The translations under genes were made by a program, and so were the position numbers. A stretch of 64,000 bases of DNA from an uncultured Arachnia sp. (GTDB lineage Bacteria; Actinomycetota; Actinomycetes; Propionibacteriales; Propionibacteriaceae): assembly GCA_947493995.1 (NCBI GenBank), contig CANLTJ010000003.1, positions 29,298 through 93,297 on the forward strand. Reading direction: 5' to 3'. The notes under the pieces are model-generated. The model made no database searches and was not told the origin of the DNA. It saw only the letters and a list, made by a program, of their open reading frames with translations. This document shows positions 9,520-18,762 of the stretch, piece after piece (positions within the stretch are counted from its first letter, which is position 1; each line of letters begins with the position of its first letter).

Positions 9520-9914
9520 CGGGCATTCCGGATTCCAACGGCTATTTCGCTGCGCTGGACGCGTCCGAATGCCGCAAACTGCTGCGCGCCGGTGAGATCG
9601 GACGGGTGGCCTGGCAGAGCGGGACGGACATCAACATCCTGCCCGTGAACTACAAGGTAGTCGACGACCACGTCGTGTTCCACACCTCCGAGACCGGAGC
9701 GCTCGCCTCACTGCTGACGCCGACACGGGTGGGTTTCCAGGTGGACGAGATCGATCTTGAGGCAACCGTGGGATGGACACTACTTGTTCGCGGAACCAGC
9801 GGGCCCGCGGTGGGCCTAGACTCCTCGTCATGGGTGCCGGACGGGCGCCGTGTGGGCGTGGCCATCGCCGTGGAGTGGCTCGGTGGCCGTGTTGTCTCGG
9901 GAACATCGAGCTGA
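9516..9914 (+). CDS. Pyridoxamine 5'-phosphate oxidase-like FMN-binding protein
   Basis: ECRKLL...IGRVAW...ILPVNY...FHT...FQVDE...GWTLLVRG split-barrel pattern; GTGA overlap with the upstream gene. Confidence 0.75.
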   Translation: MTGIPDSNGYFAALDASECRKLLRAGEIGRVAWQSGTDINILPVNYKVVDDHVVFHTSETGALASLLTPTRVGFQVDEIDLEATVGWTLLVRGTSGPAVGLDSSSWVPDGRRVGVAIAVEWLGGRVVSGTSS

Positions 9915-9930
9915 AGGATCCAGGGAGGTC

Positions 9931-10851
9931 ATGATGGAGCAGTCCGAGGAGCAGAACAACAACGGGGTCGAGCAGGACATCGCTCGTGATGTGCCGGCGG
10001 GGAGCCCCCTCATCGTCGTCGGCGTCGATGGCAGCGACGACGGCCTGCGTGCCGTGCGTTTCGGTGCCAATACGGCACGGACCTTCGGCGGGGAACTGAT
10101 GCTCGTGCACGCCGTCGACGATGCGATGCTGGCCGGGGCGTGGGGCGTGGTCTACGACCCGGAGGTTCTCCAGAACGCGGGTGTGTCCGCGAATGCCCAG
10201 GCCAAGGAACTCGCTCTTGAACTCGGCCTGCCGGAGGAGCGCATCCGCACCGAGGTAGTCCTCGGCTCACCGGGGGGCGTCCTCGGACGTCTCAGCGAGG
10301 TCGCGGACCTGATCGTGCTCGGGCGTCGGTCCGTGTCCGGTCTGGAGCGGATGTTCGTGGGGTCCACGAGCGTCTCGGTGGTCTCCAACTCCTCCTGCCC
10401 GGTCCTCGTCATCTCGGCGGCCGCTCACCCCATCGACGTGGGCGGCAAGAAGCTGATCGGCGTCGGTATGAACACCAGCCCCGGCAATCACGCAACCCTG
10501 GAGGAGGCGTTCAAACAGGCACAACGCTTCCAGTCGTCACTGGAAATCGTGCATGCCCTCCAGCCACCGATCGGGATCTTCGCGAAGAAGCTGAGCCCTG
10601 ACGATCTGGAGGAGCAGCTGCGTTTCATCCGCGGTGGTCTCAAGGCGCTGGCCAAGTCCATCGCAAAGCGCTATCCCGACGTGGTCTATAAGGTGATCGT
10701 GGTGGCCGACAGCCCCATCAACGAACTGGTGGGCCGCTCCAGCAGCTACGACGCCCTGGTGCTGGGGATCAGCAACGGAGGCTTCGGTCTCGGCGGCTTG
10801 GTGCGAGGACTGATGGCCCACGCTGAATGTCCTCTGCTGATCACGAACTGA
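9931..10851 (+). CDS. Tandem universal stress protein
   Basis: IVVGVDGS...A and DLIVLGRR...GSTS.SVV...CPVLVI, followed by a second Usp domain; ATG after GGGAGG. Confidence 0.9.
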   Translation: MMEQSEEQNNNGVEQDIARDVPAGSPLIVVGVDGSDDGLRAVRFGANTARTFGGELMLVHAVDDAMLAGAWGVVYDPEVLQNAGVSANAQAKELALELGLPEERIRTEVVLGSPGGVLGRLSEVADLIVLGRRSVSGLERMFVGSTSVSVVSNSSCPVLVISAAAHPIDVGGKKLIGVGMNTSPGNHATLEEAFKQAQRFQSSLEIVHALQPPIGIFAKKLSPDDLEEQLRFIRGGLKALAKSIAKRYPDVVYKVIVVADSPINELVGRSSSYDALVLGISNGGFGLGGLVRGLMAHAECPLLITN

Positions 10852-10855
10852 CCCT

Positions 10856-13800
10856 GTGACGGATTCCACGTCTGCGCCCGTCATCCACTTCGACGAGGCG
10901 CTGCCGATATCGGCCGAGGCCTCCGGCATCGCGGAGCTGATCCGCAGCAACCAAGTGGTGATCGTGGCGGGGGAGACCGGCTCCGGCAAGACCACCCAGC
11001 TGCCCAAGATCTGCCTGCTCGCGGGCAGGGAGCGCATTGCCCACACCCAGCCACGGCGGATCGCTGCCCGTACCGTCGCGCAGCGCATCGCGGACGAGTG
11101 CGAGGTGGAACTGGGGGACTTCGTCGGCTATCAGGTGCGATTCACGCGCAGGACCAGCCGGGCGACGCGCATCAAACTCATGACCGACGGTGTGCTGCTC
11201 AGTGAGGTAACCCGTGACAAGGACCTGAGCCGCTACGACACCATCATCGTCGACGAGGCCCATGAGCGCAGCCTGAACATCGACTTCCTGCTCGGATACC
11301 TGAAACAGCTGCTTCCCCGCCGGCCCGAACTACGCGTCATCGTGACGTCGGCCACCATCGACACCGCACGGTTCTCCGAGCACTTCGACGATGCACCCAT
11401 CGTGGAGGTCTCCGGCCGCACGTACCCGGTGGAAGTGCGCTACCGCCCGGTGGAGGAATCCGAGGATCAGGTGGATGCGATCGTCTCGGCAATGAGGACC
11501 GTAGCAGCGGAACCCGGGACAGGTGACGTGCTGATCTTCCTCTCCGGTGAGCGAGAGATCCGGGACGCTGCGGAGGCCATCGACGGCCTGAAACTGCGTG
11601 GCTGGGAGACCACCCCGCTGTACGCACGCCTGTCCGCCGCCGAGCAGCAACGGGTGTTCCAGTCCCATGCCGGCCGTCGTGTGGTGCTAGCCACCAACGT
11701 GGCGGAGACCTCCATCACCGTGCCGGGGATCCGTTACGTCATCGACGTCGGAACGGCGCGGATTTCGCGCTACTCCACCCGCACCAAGGTCCAGCGGTTG
11801 CCCATCGAGCCAGTGTCCCAGGCCAGCGCCAACCAGCGTGCGGGACGGTGCGGACGGCTCGGCCCCGGTGTCGCCATCCGCCTCTACAGCGAGGAGGACT
11901 TCGAGTCCCGCCCACGCTTCACCGAGCCCGAGATCCTGCGCACCAATCTGGCCACCGTCATCCTGCAGATGGCGGAGGCTGGACTGGGCGACATCGAGGC
12001 CTTCCCCTTTGTCGAGGCGCCCATCGCCGCGCAGATCAGCGACGGTCTGCGAGTGCTGGCCGAACTGGGAGCCATCCACACGCGTAAACGCAACCAGGAC
12101 CTCCGGCTCACCCCCACCGGGCGTACGCTCGCCCGGCTCCCCATCGATCCCCGACTCGGGAGAATGCTGCTGGAGGGCTCACGCCGCAGGTGCCTGCGCC
12201 AGATGCAGGTTCTCGTCGCCGGACTCACCATCCCCGATGTCCGGGAACGCCCCGCCGACCATCAGGCCGCCGCTGACCAGATGCACCGCCGATTCTGGGT
12301 TCCAGCAGCCACGGCGCCACCCGGAACGGTGATAGAGGAGGCCGGTCCCGAGCGCCACACCCCCCATACCGGCACGCACAAGGAGAAGCCACCGTCCTCG
12401 CTGGAGGGCGGCGACTTCGAGGCACTGCTGAACGTCTGGGAATACCTGCGACGCCGTCGCAAGGAACTCTCGGGCAATGCATTTCGGCGGATGTGCCGCG
12501 AGGAGTACCTGCACTTCGTCCGGTTTCGTGAATGGGAGGATCTCGTCACGCAACTGCGCGAGGTGTGTCGCGAACTCGACCTGGACGCCAAGGGCACCGG
12601 GAGTATGGCCGACGTGGTGACCTGCCTGCTCTCAGGGCTCCTGTCGAACGTCGGCGCCATCGAACCGGAGCGCTCCACCAAGAAGCCGGGCAAACGCAAA
12701 CCCTTGCGGGAGTACCTGGGCGCCAGGGGCACCCACTTCGCCATCCAGCCCGGATCCTCCCTGGCAAAGGCAACGCCGCCGCTGGTGATGGCATACGAGC
12801 TGGTGGAAACGTCCCGCCTGTGGGCACGGACAGTGACCTCGATCGAGCCGGAATGGGTGGAGGCGGTCGGCGGGCATGTCCTGACCCGGAGCTTGTCGGA
12901 GCCGCACTTCGCCGCGAAGAGTGCGAGCGTGGTCGCCAACGAACGGTTGAGCCTGTTCGGCGTCCCCATCGTCGCCAACCGGCGCACCTCCTATGCAGAC
13001 CAACACCCACAGGAGGCACGGGAAATCTTCATCCGCACCGGCATCGTGGAGGGGGAGTGGGAGACCAGGCATCCCGTGGTGACGGCGAACCGCTTCGCCC
13101 TCGACGAGGCGCGCACGCTGACGGACCGGATGCGTCGGCCGGACCTCCTGATCTCCGATGACGAACTCTTCACCTTCTACGACACTCGCCTCGGCGCGGA
13201 GGTGATGTCAGGACCGACGTTCCAGTCCTGGCTGCAATCCCGCGGCGAGGACAGTTTTCTCAGGCTGACCCCGGCAGACTGCATCTCCGATCCGGGTGAG
13301 CTCAGGGTTGCCGACTTCCCCGACCGGTGGGAGGTGGGTGGCCATGAGCTGCCGGTCGATTACGTCTTCGAGCCTGGCGCCGGACGCGACGGCGTCACCA
13401 TCACCGTGCCGCTGGAACTGTTGAACCAGTTCGAACAGTCGCCGTTCACGTGGCAGGTGCCCGGTCTGCGCCGGGAGCTGGCCACAGCGCTCCTGCGGTC
13501 ACTGCCCAAGGCCATACGGACCGCTTTCGTCCCCGCGCCGGACTGGGCAGGCAGGGCCCATGCCTGGCTGGATGACAATGGCGTCGCCCCGGGTGAATCG
13601 CATCCGGAAGCACTCGGCCGTGCGTTGCGCGCCCTGACGGGGGAACGAATCCCCGCCGACGCCTGGCGTCCGGTCATGGTGGATGCACACCTCCGCCCCA
13701 CCTTCGTCGTCATGGACGGGGACAAGGAGGTGGCGCGGGGTGCGGACCTCGATGAGCTGCGGGAGGAACTGGCGCCCCAGGTCAGCGCCAAGCTCACGCG

Positions 13801-14686
13801 CTCCGCGAAGCGGATCTCCGCCACCGGTCAGACGTCCTGGACGTTCGGTACCATCCCCGCGAGCGTGCAACTCTCCGGCGGAATCGTCGGCTACCCCGGG
13901 CTCGTGGATGAAACCACCGCCGTCGGGCTCATGGTGGCCGAATCCGCTTCCCGTGCATCCCATGAACATGTGCGGGGGCTCCGGCGACTGCTCACGCTGG
14001 TCAACCCTTCCCCCGTGCGCTGGGTGGTCTCGCACCTGGGCTACCAGGAGAAGCTCTCACTGGGCGCCAGCTCCTATCCCAGCGTCCAGGACCTGTTGGC
14101 CGACGCGTGGCTCAAGGCGAGCGAGCAACTGCTGCGACAGGCCCGAGAACCGGATGAGGTCCGGGATGCCGCCACGTTCTCCTCCGTCGCAGAGGCGGTC
14201 CGAGCCGAATCTCCAGTGCGCACGCAGGCAGTGGTGCGGATCGCCGCCCAGGTTCTGGCCGCCCAGGCGGAGGTGCACAGCGCTCTGCAGGCCTTCCCAC
14301 CGGAGGACCCCCTCCGGCAGGACGTGACGGAGCAACTCGCCAACCTCACGTTCAACCGGTTCATCTCGGCAACCCCGGACCCGTGGTTCGAGCGACTCCC
14401 CGTCTACGTCTCCGCCATTTCAACGCGTCTTCAGGGCGCCCGGAAGAGCAGGGCACGCGACGACCGCGCCCGTCTGGAAGTGGAGGAGGTGGAAGCGGAG
14501 TACGCGGAGCTGTGTGACGCCCAACCCGCAGGCCCACTCCCGCCAGCGGTGGAGGAGGTGGCGTTCCTGATCGAGGAGCTGCGGGTCAGCCTGTTCGCGC
14601 AGGGAATCCGCACTGCGGTCCCCATTTCCACCAAACGCATCCGTCAGGCGATGATGGCATCATGGCACGGTGCCAGAAACAGTTGA
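10856..14686 (+). CDS. hrpA: ATP-dependent RNA helicase HrpA
   Basis: GETGSGKTTQ, DEAHERS, SAT, QRAGRCGR, HA2/OB region, and C-terminal EELRVSLFAQ. Confidence 0.96.
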   Translation: MTDSTSAPVIHFDEALPISAEASGIAELIRSNQVVIVAGETGSGKTTQLPKICLLAGRERIAHTQPRRIAARTVAQRIADECEVELGDFVGYQVRFTRRTSRATRIKLMTDGVLLSEVTRDKDLSRYDTIIVDEAHERSLNIDFLLGYLKQLLPRRPELRVIVTSATIDTARFSEHFDDAPIVEVSGRTYPVEVRYRPVEESEDQVDAIVSAMRTVAAEPGTGDVLIFLSGEREIRDAAEAIDGLKLRGWETTPLYARLSAAEQQRVFQSHAGRRVVLATNVAETSITVPGIRYVIDVGTARISRYSTRTKVQRLPIEPVSQASANQRAGRCGRLGPGVAIRLYSEEDFESRPRFTEPEILRTNLATVILQMAEAGLGDIEAFPFVEAPIAAQISDGLRVLAELGAIHTRKRNQDLRLTPTGRTLARLPIDPRLGRMLLEGSRRRCLRQMQVLVAGLTIPDVRERPADHQAAADQMHRRFWVPAATAPPGTVIEEAGPERHTPHTGTHKEKPPSSLEGGDFEALLNVWEYLRRRRKELSGNAFRRMCREEYLHFVRFREWEDLVTQLREVCRELDLDAKGTGSMADVVTCLLSGLLSNVGAIEPERSTKKPGKRKPLREYLGARGTHFAIQPGSSLAKATPPLVMAYELVETSRLWARTVTSIEPEWVEAVGGHVLTRSLSEPHFAAKSASVVANERLSLFGVPIVANRRTSYADQHPQEAREIFIRTGIVEGEWETRHPVVTANRFALDEARTLTDRMRRPDLLISDDELFTFYDTRLGAEVMSGPTFQSWLQSRGEDSFLRLTPADCISDPGELRVADFPDRWEVGGHELPVDYVFEPGAGRDGVTITVPLELLNQFEQSPFTWQVPGLRRELATALLRSLPKAIRTAFVPAPDWAGRAHAWLDDNGVAPGESHPEALGRALRALTGERIPADAWRPVMVDAHLRPTFVVMDGDKEVARGADLDELREELAPQVSAKLTRSAKRISATGQTSWTFGTIPASVQLSGGIVGYPGLVDETTAVGLMVAESASRASHEHVRGLRRLLTLVNPSPVRWVVSHLGYQEKLSLGASSYPSVQDLLADAWLKASEQLLRQAREPDEVRDAATFSSVAEAVRAESPVRTQAVVRIAAQVLAAQAEVHSALQAFPPEDPLRQDVTEQLANLTFNRFISATPDPWFERLPVYVSAISTRLQGARKSRARDDRARLEVEEVEAEYAELCDAQPAGPLPPAVEEVAFLIEELRVSLFAQGIRTAVPISTKRIRQAMMASWHGARNS

Positions 14687-15509
14687 TGAACTGATCAGCC
14701 AGTTCGAGCTGACCCAGACCGGACCCCTGACGTTCCAGGGCCCCCAGCCCAAAACCCTGCTCCAGAGGCTTTTCGGTGGGCAGGTGCTGGCGACGAGTCT
14801 GATGGCCGCACTCCACACAGTGCCGCAGGACCGCGCGGTGCATTCGTTGAACGCCTACTTTCTGCTCCCGGGCGATCCCCTGACACCGCTGAGCCTCGAC
14901 GTCGAGGTACTCCGGGACGGCCGCTCGTTCAGTGCCCGACGGGTGGTGGCGAAGCAGGCCGAACACGCCATCTTCCAGCTCAGCGCATCGTTCCACGTGC
15001 CGGAACCCGGGCTGTCGCACTCGGCCGAGCAGCCCACCGATGTGACCCCGCCCGAGGAGTCGCCGCTCATGCGCAGAGTACTCGAGGAGCGATTCGGGCG
15101 GCAGGTCAGGCGCCTGTCCGAGTGGGACGCACTGGAGGTGCGCCTCGCCAGCCCGCCCCAGCCAACGCATGAGGGCGGCATGATGCGCGCCTGGGTGCGG
15201 ACGCAGGAGCGCATGCCTGAGGACCCCGGCCTGCACGCAGCCGTGCTCGCCTACCTCTCCGACATCACATTGTTGAGCGTCTCGACGGTTCAACACCAGG
15301 TGGAATTCATGTCCCCGCAAATGCGGGCGGCCTCCATCGACCACGCAATGTGGTTCCATCGACCCTTCCGGGCCGACGAATGGTTGCTCTACGACATGAT
15401 CTCGCCGTCGGCCTCCGGCGCACGAGGATTCTGCACCGGACGTTTGTATCAGGGCGGGCTCGCGGTGGCGTCCTGCGCGCAGGAGGGATTGATCCGGGTA
15501 CTCGACTGA
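14670..15509 (+). CDS. tesB: Acyl-CoA thioesterase II
   Basis: RLFGGQVLA, HSLNAYFL, RDGRSFSAR, YLSD, SIDHAMWFHRPF, QEGL. Confidence 0.93.
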   Translation: MPETVDELISQFELTQTGPLTFQGPQPKTLLQRLFGGQVLATSLMAALHTVPQDRAVHSLNAYFLLPGDPLTPLSLDVEVLRDGRSFSARRVVAKQAEHAIFQLSASFHVPEPGLSHSAEQPTDVTPPEESPLMRRVLEERFGRQVRRLSEWDALEVRLASPPQPTHEGGMMRAWVRTQERMPEDPGLHAAVLAYLSDITLLSVSTVQHQVEFMSPQMRAASIDHAMWFHRPFRADEWLLYDMISPSASGARGFCTGRLYQGGLAVASCAQEGLIRVLD

Positions 15510-15528
15510 GACACCCGGCCCCGACACG

Positions 15529-16473
15529 TCAGGCGGCGGCAGCCTCCGAGGCTGATTCGGCCTCACGCATCTTGCTGAGTGCCAGACGTTCGATCTGGCG
15601 GACGCGCTCCGCAGTGATGCCCCAGTGTTGCCCGATGTCGGCCAGCTTCGCCTGTCGGCCGTCGAGCAGCCCGTAGCGGCGACGCACGACATCGGCGGAC
15701 CGATCGTCGAGACTGTCGAGCATGCTCTCCAGCCGTGAGCGTTCCTCTGCGTCCAGCACCATCTCGTCGGGTCCGGGCGAGGTTTCGCGGGCAATCAGAT
15801 CACCGAGTGAGGTGTCACCGTCGGCTTCCACGGGAGCATCGAGGGAGACGTGCTCGCGGGAGTAGCGCAGGAGATCGATGATCCGTCCTTCGGGCAGTTC
15901 CAGTTCGGCTGCGATCTCGTGCAGTTCCGGTTCACGGCCCAGCTGGCGCTCCAGGTTGCGGCGCACCGCTGAAACCTGGTTGACCTGCTCGGCCACATGA
16001 ACGGGCAGGCGCACGATTCGTCCCTGCTGGGCGATGCCCCGGGAGATCGCCTGACGGACCCACCAGGTGGCGTAGGTGGAGAACTTGAAGCCCTTGGCGT
16101 AGTCGAACTTCTCCACCGCCCGGATCAGGCCCGTGTTGCCCTCCTGAATGAGGTCGAGCATCGGCATCTGGGCGCGGCCGTACTTACGGGCCACCGAGAC
16201 CACGAGACGCAGATTGGCCTTGGTGAAGCGCTGCATGGCAGCTTCGCCCTCCCGGACGACACGCTCGAGTTCGTCGCGGGTTGCCGGGATGGAGGACTCA
16301 ACATCACCGGCTAGAATCTTGGAGGCGAAGAGACCGGCCTCGATACTGCGAGCCAACTCAACCTCTTCGACGGCGCTCAGCAGAGCCGTCTTCGCAATGG
16401 CGTCCAGGTAGAGTCCCACGGCATCCTTGCCATCGATGCCGTCATGTGTACGGGTACGTGCGGTGGTGGTCAT
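15529..16473 (-). CDS. sigB: Group 2 sigma-70 factor (SigB-like)
   Basis: [50 protein letters not shown] and TAERVRQIE; lacks region 1.1. Confidence 0.88.
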   Translation of the reverse strand: MTTTARTRTHDGIDGKDAVGLYLDAIAKTALLSAVEEVELARSIEAGLFASKILAGDVESSIPATRDELERVVREGEAAMQRFTKANLRLVVSVARKYGRAQMPMLDLIQEGNTGLIRAVEKFDYAKGFKFSTYATWWVRQAISRGIAQQGRIVRLPVHVAEQVNQVSAVRRNLERQLGREPELHEIAAELELPEGRIIDLLRYSREHVSLDAPVEADGDTSLGDLIARETSPGPDEMVLDAEERSRLESMLDSLDDRSADVVRRRYGLLDGRQAKLADIGQHWGITAERVRQIERLALSKMREAESASEAAAA

Positions 16474-16505
16474 CGCTTGAGCCTTTCTCACGTCGTCATC
16501 TCATC

Positions 16506-16532
16506 CAACGTTCCAGCATGGGGATTGGTTCC
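16506..16532 (-). promoter_or_regulatory. ECF (SigH/SigE/SigR-type) promoter of sigB
   Basis: Minus strand reads GGAAC-N18-GTTG (CGTTG -10), about 33 nt upstream of the sigB ATG. Confidence 0.7.
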
Positions 16533-16663
16533 ACGTTTCCACGATCGAACGAAGAAATGTGCGCCAAACATTTGAGTCCTGCGAAGTTGCGTGCAAGTAT
16601 GGGAGTCGCAGGCCTCTTGACGGACACGGGACGCCGCGCGCGCAAAAACACTAATGTAGGTAC

Positions 16664-18025
16664 ATGTCATCCCAGGAGAGGACCGTTGTGACTTCTGGTT
16701 CGAGCAAAGAGCAAAGCCCAGCCACTACCAAGGCAACCAGCCGCTCCCGCACCGCCACGAAGACCGCCGCCACCAAGACCCCGGCCGCGAAGACACCTTC
16801 TGTCAAGACTTCCGCAGCCAAGCGCACAACGAAGCGAGCACCTGCGGCCAAGACCGGCACCCAGCCCGCCACTCCCGCCGTGGCGCCCACGATCGCAGAT
16901 GCATCCACGGGACAGGTGGACGTCGAGGTCGTCCGAGACGGCAATGACGTCGTCCTGACAGTGGGCGGCAAGAGGCGAACCCTGGACGAGGTGGATGATT
17001 CCGAGTTCGTGGAGGCCAAGGAGGCGCCTCTCGCCAAGGAACTGGTCGAGGACGGCGGCTTCACTGTCAGTGACAGCGACGAGGCGGACGAACCCGAGCA
17101 GCAAGTCATGTCCGCGGGTGCCACGGCGGACCCCGTCAAGGACTATTTGAAGCAGATCGGAAAGGTCGCGCTTCTCAACGCGGTGCAGGAGGTTGAACTC
17201 GCCAAGCGCATTGAGGCAGGCCTGTTCGCGGAGGAGCGACTCGCCGAATCCAAGGTCAAGGCGAAGGACCGCGAGGACTTCGACTGGATTGTGGCCGACG
17301 GGCGTCGCGCCAAGAACCACCTCCTCGAAGCCAACCTGCGTCTCGTCGTCTCTTTGGCCAAGCGCTACACGGGACGCGGCATGCTGTTCCTGGATCTCAT
17401 CCAGGAGGGCAACCTGGGCCTGATCCGTGCCGTCGAAAAATTCGACTACACCAAGGGCTACAAGTTCTCCACCTACGCCACGTGGTGGATCAAGCAGGCC
17501 ATCACCCGTGCCATGGCGGACCAGGCCCGCACGATTCGCATCCCCGTGCACATGGTGGAGGTCATCAACAAGCTGGCCCGAGTGCAGCGTCAGATGCTGC
17601 AGGATCTCGGCCGTGAGCCCACCCCTGAGGAACTGGCCCAAGAACTGGACATGACGCCGGAGAAGGTCGTCGAGGTCCAGAAGTACGGACGCGAACCCAT
17701 CTCACTGCACACGCCCCTGGGTGAGGACGGCGACTCCGAGTTCGGAGATCTGATTGAGGACTCGGAGGCCGTCGTTCCCGCGGATGCGGTGAACTTCACC
17801 CTGCTCCAGGAGCAGCTGAACGACGTGCTGGACACGCTCAGCGAGAGGGAGGCCGGCGTCGTGTCCATGCGCTTCGGGCTGACGGATGGCCAGCCGAAGA
17901 CGCTGGACGAGATCGGCAAGGTCTACGGTGTCACCCGGGAACGTATAAGGCAGATCGAGTCCAAGACGATGAGCAAGCTGCGCCACCCGTCACGCTCCCA
18001 GGTGCTCAGGGATTATCTCGACTGA
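16664..18025 (+). CDS. sigA: Principal sigma factor SigA/RpoD (HrdB-like)
   Basis: K/A/T-rich N-terminus, [53 protein letters not shown] and [10 protein letters not shown]. Alternative start GTG 16688 has an RBS. Confidence 0.95.
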   Translation: MSSQERTVVTSGSSKEQSPATTKATSRSRTATKTAATKTPAAKTPSVKTSAAKRTTKRAPAAKTGTQPATPAVAPTIADASTGQVDVEVVRDGNDVVLTVGGKRRTLDEVDDSEFVEAKEAPLAKELVEDGGFTVSDSDEADEPEQQVMSAGATADPVKDYLKQIGKVALLNAVQEVELAKRIEAGLFAEERLAESKVKAKDREDFDWIVADGRRAKNHLLEANLRLVVSLAKRYTGRGMLFLDLIQEGNLGLIRAVEKFDYTKGYKFSTYATWWIKQAITRAMADQARTIRIPVHMVEVINKLARVQRQMLQDLGREPTPEELAQELDMTPEKVVEVQKYGREPISLHTPLGEDGDSEFGDLIEDSEAVVPADAVNFTLLQEQLNDVLDTLSEREAGVVSMRFGLTDGQPKTLDEIGKVYGVTRERIRQIESKTMSKLRHPSRSQVLRDYLD

Positions 18026-18033
18026 TCGGACCC

Positions 18034-18762
18034 TCACGCGGCGTAGTGCTCGATGAAGCGCCTGAGGATGCTGTGCACGGCGGGGGACATGTCCAGGGCT
18101 CTGGCCTGGTCGATGAGATCGTCCAACGTTTCCGGGGCGAAGTAGCCCGCATGCTGATAGATGCGCATCCGCTCGACGAAGTAGTCAACGTCCAGCTCCG
18201 GATGGAACTGGGTGACGTAGCAGTTCTTCTGAACCCTGAACATCTGCACCGGGCATGCATCGCCTTCAACGAGCAGCACGGCCTCGTCCGGTAGCTGGCT
18301 CACCGCCTCCTTGTGGCCGACGAAGGCCTGGAAGTACTCGGGGACCTCCTCCAGCAGGGGGTCCCGGTGGCCGGTGTCGGTGCGTCGCAGCCACACCGGG
18401 CCGGCCGGTTCGCTGTAGGTTCGATCCACCAGCCCGCCCATGTGCGCCGTCACCGTACCGATGCCGTAACACATGCCGAGGAACGGCAGGTCGTCGGCGA
18501 ACACGTCCTCGAGCACGCGACGGATGTCTGCTTCCACCCGCAGCTGCACGTCAGATTTGACGGGGTCGCTGGAGTTGTAGGGTCCGCCACCCAGAAGCAC
18601 GCCGGAATAGTTACCGAGATCGAGGATGGGGAGCGGTTCCTGTTCCACGCGAATCTGGTGCAGTTGATCATCCCGGAGACCGGAATGCGCCAGCACCGCA
18701 AGCCGTTCCCCTTCTGCTGCTGCGTCCTCGGGCCTGCAACTGAGCAACAGAAATGGTTTCAC
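18034..18762 (-). CDS. Class I glutamine amidotransferase
   Basis: Catalytic Cys in FLGMCYG and His-Glu in TQFHPE; GGGPY oxyanion segment. Confidence 0.88.
   Translation of the reverse strand: MKPFLLLSCRPEDAAAEGERLAVLAHSGLRDDQLHQIRVEQEPLPILDLGNYSGVLLGGGPYNSSDPVKSDVQLRVEADIRRVLEDVFADDLPFLGMCYGIGTVTAHMGGLVDRTYSEPAGPVWLRRTDTGHRDPLLEEVPEYFQAFVGHKEAVSQLPDEAVLLVEGDACPVQMFRVQKNCYVTQFHPELDVDYFVERMRIYQHAGYFAPETLDDLIDQARALDMSPAVHSILRRFIEHYAA

Noticed and set aside
10780-10855. SigH/SigR promoter for hrpA
   Set aside because: No GGAA-N-GTT match. hrpA looks co-transcribed with usp.
16740-16860. K/A/T-rich quasi-repeats as a repeat element or CRISPR-like array
   Set aside because: This is the known low-complexity N-terminal region of actinobacterial SigA, with no constant repeat-spacer structure. 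No CRISPR array was seen anywhere in the window.
16667-17641. Long antisense or alternate-frame ORFs (also 24558-25931, 26613-27890, 39909-41072, 54725-55597 and many others)
   Set aside because: They are shadows of well-supported genes in high-GC DNA where stops are rare, and they have no motifs.
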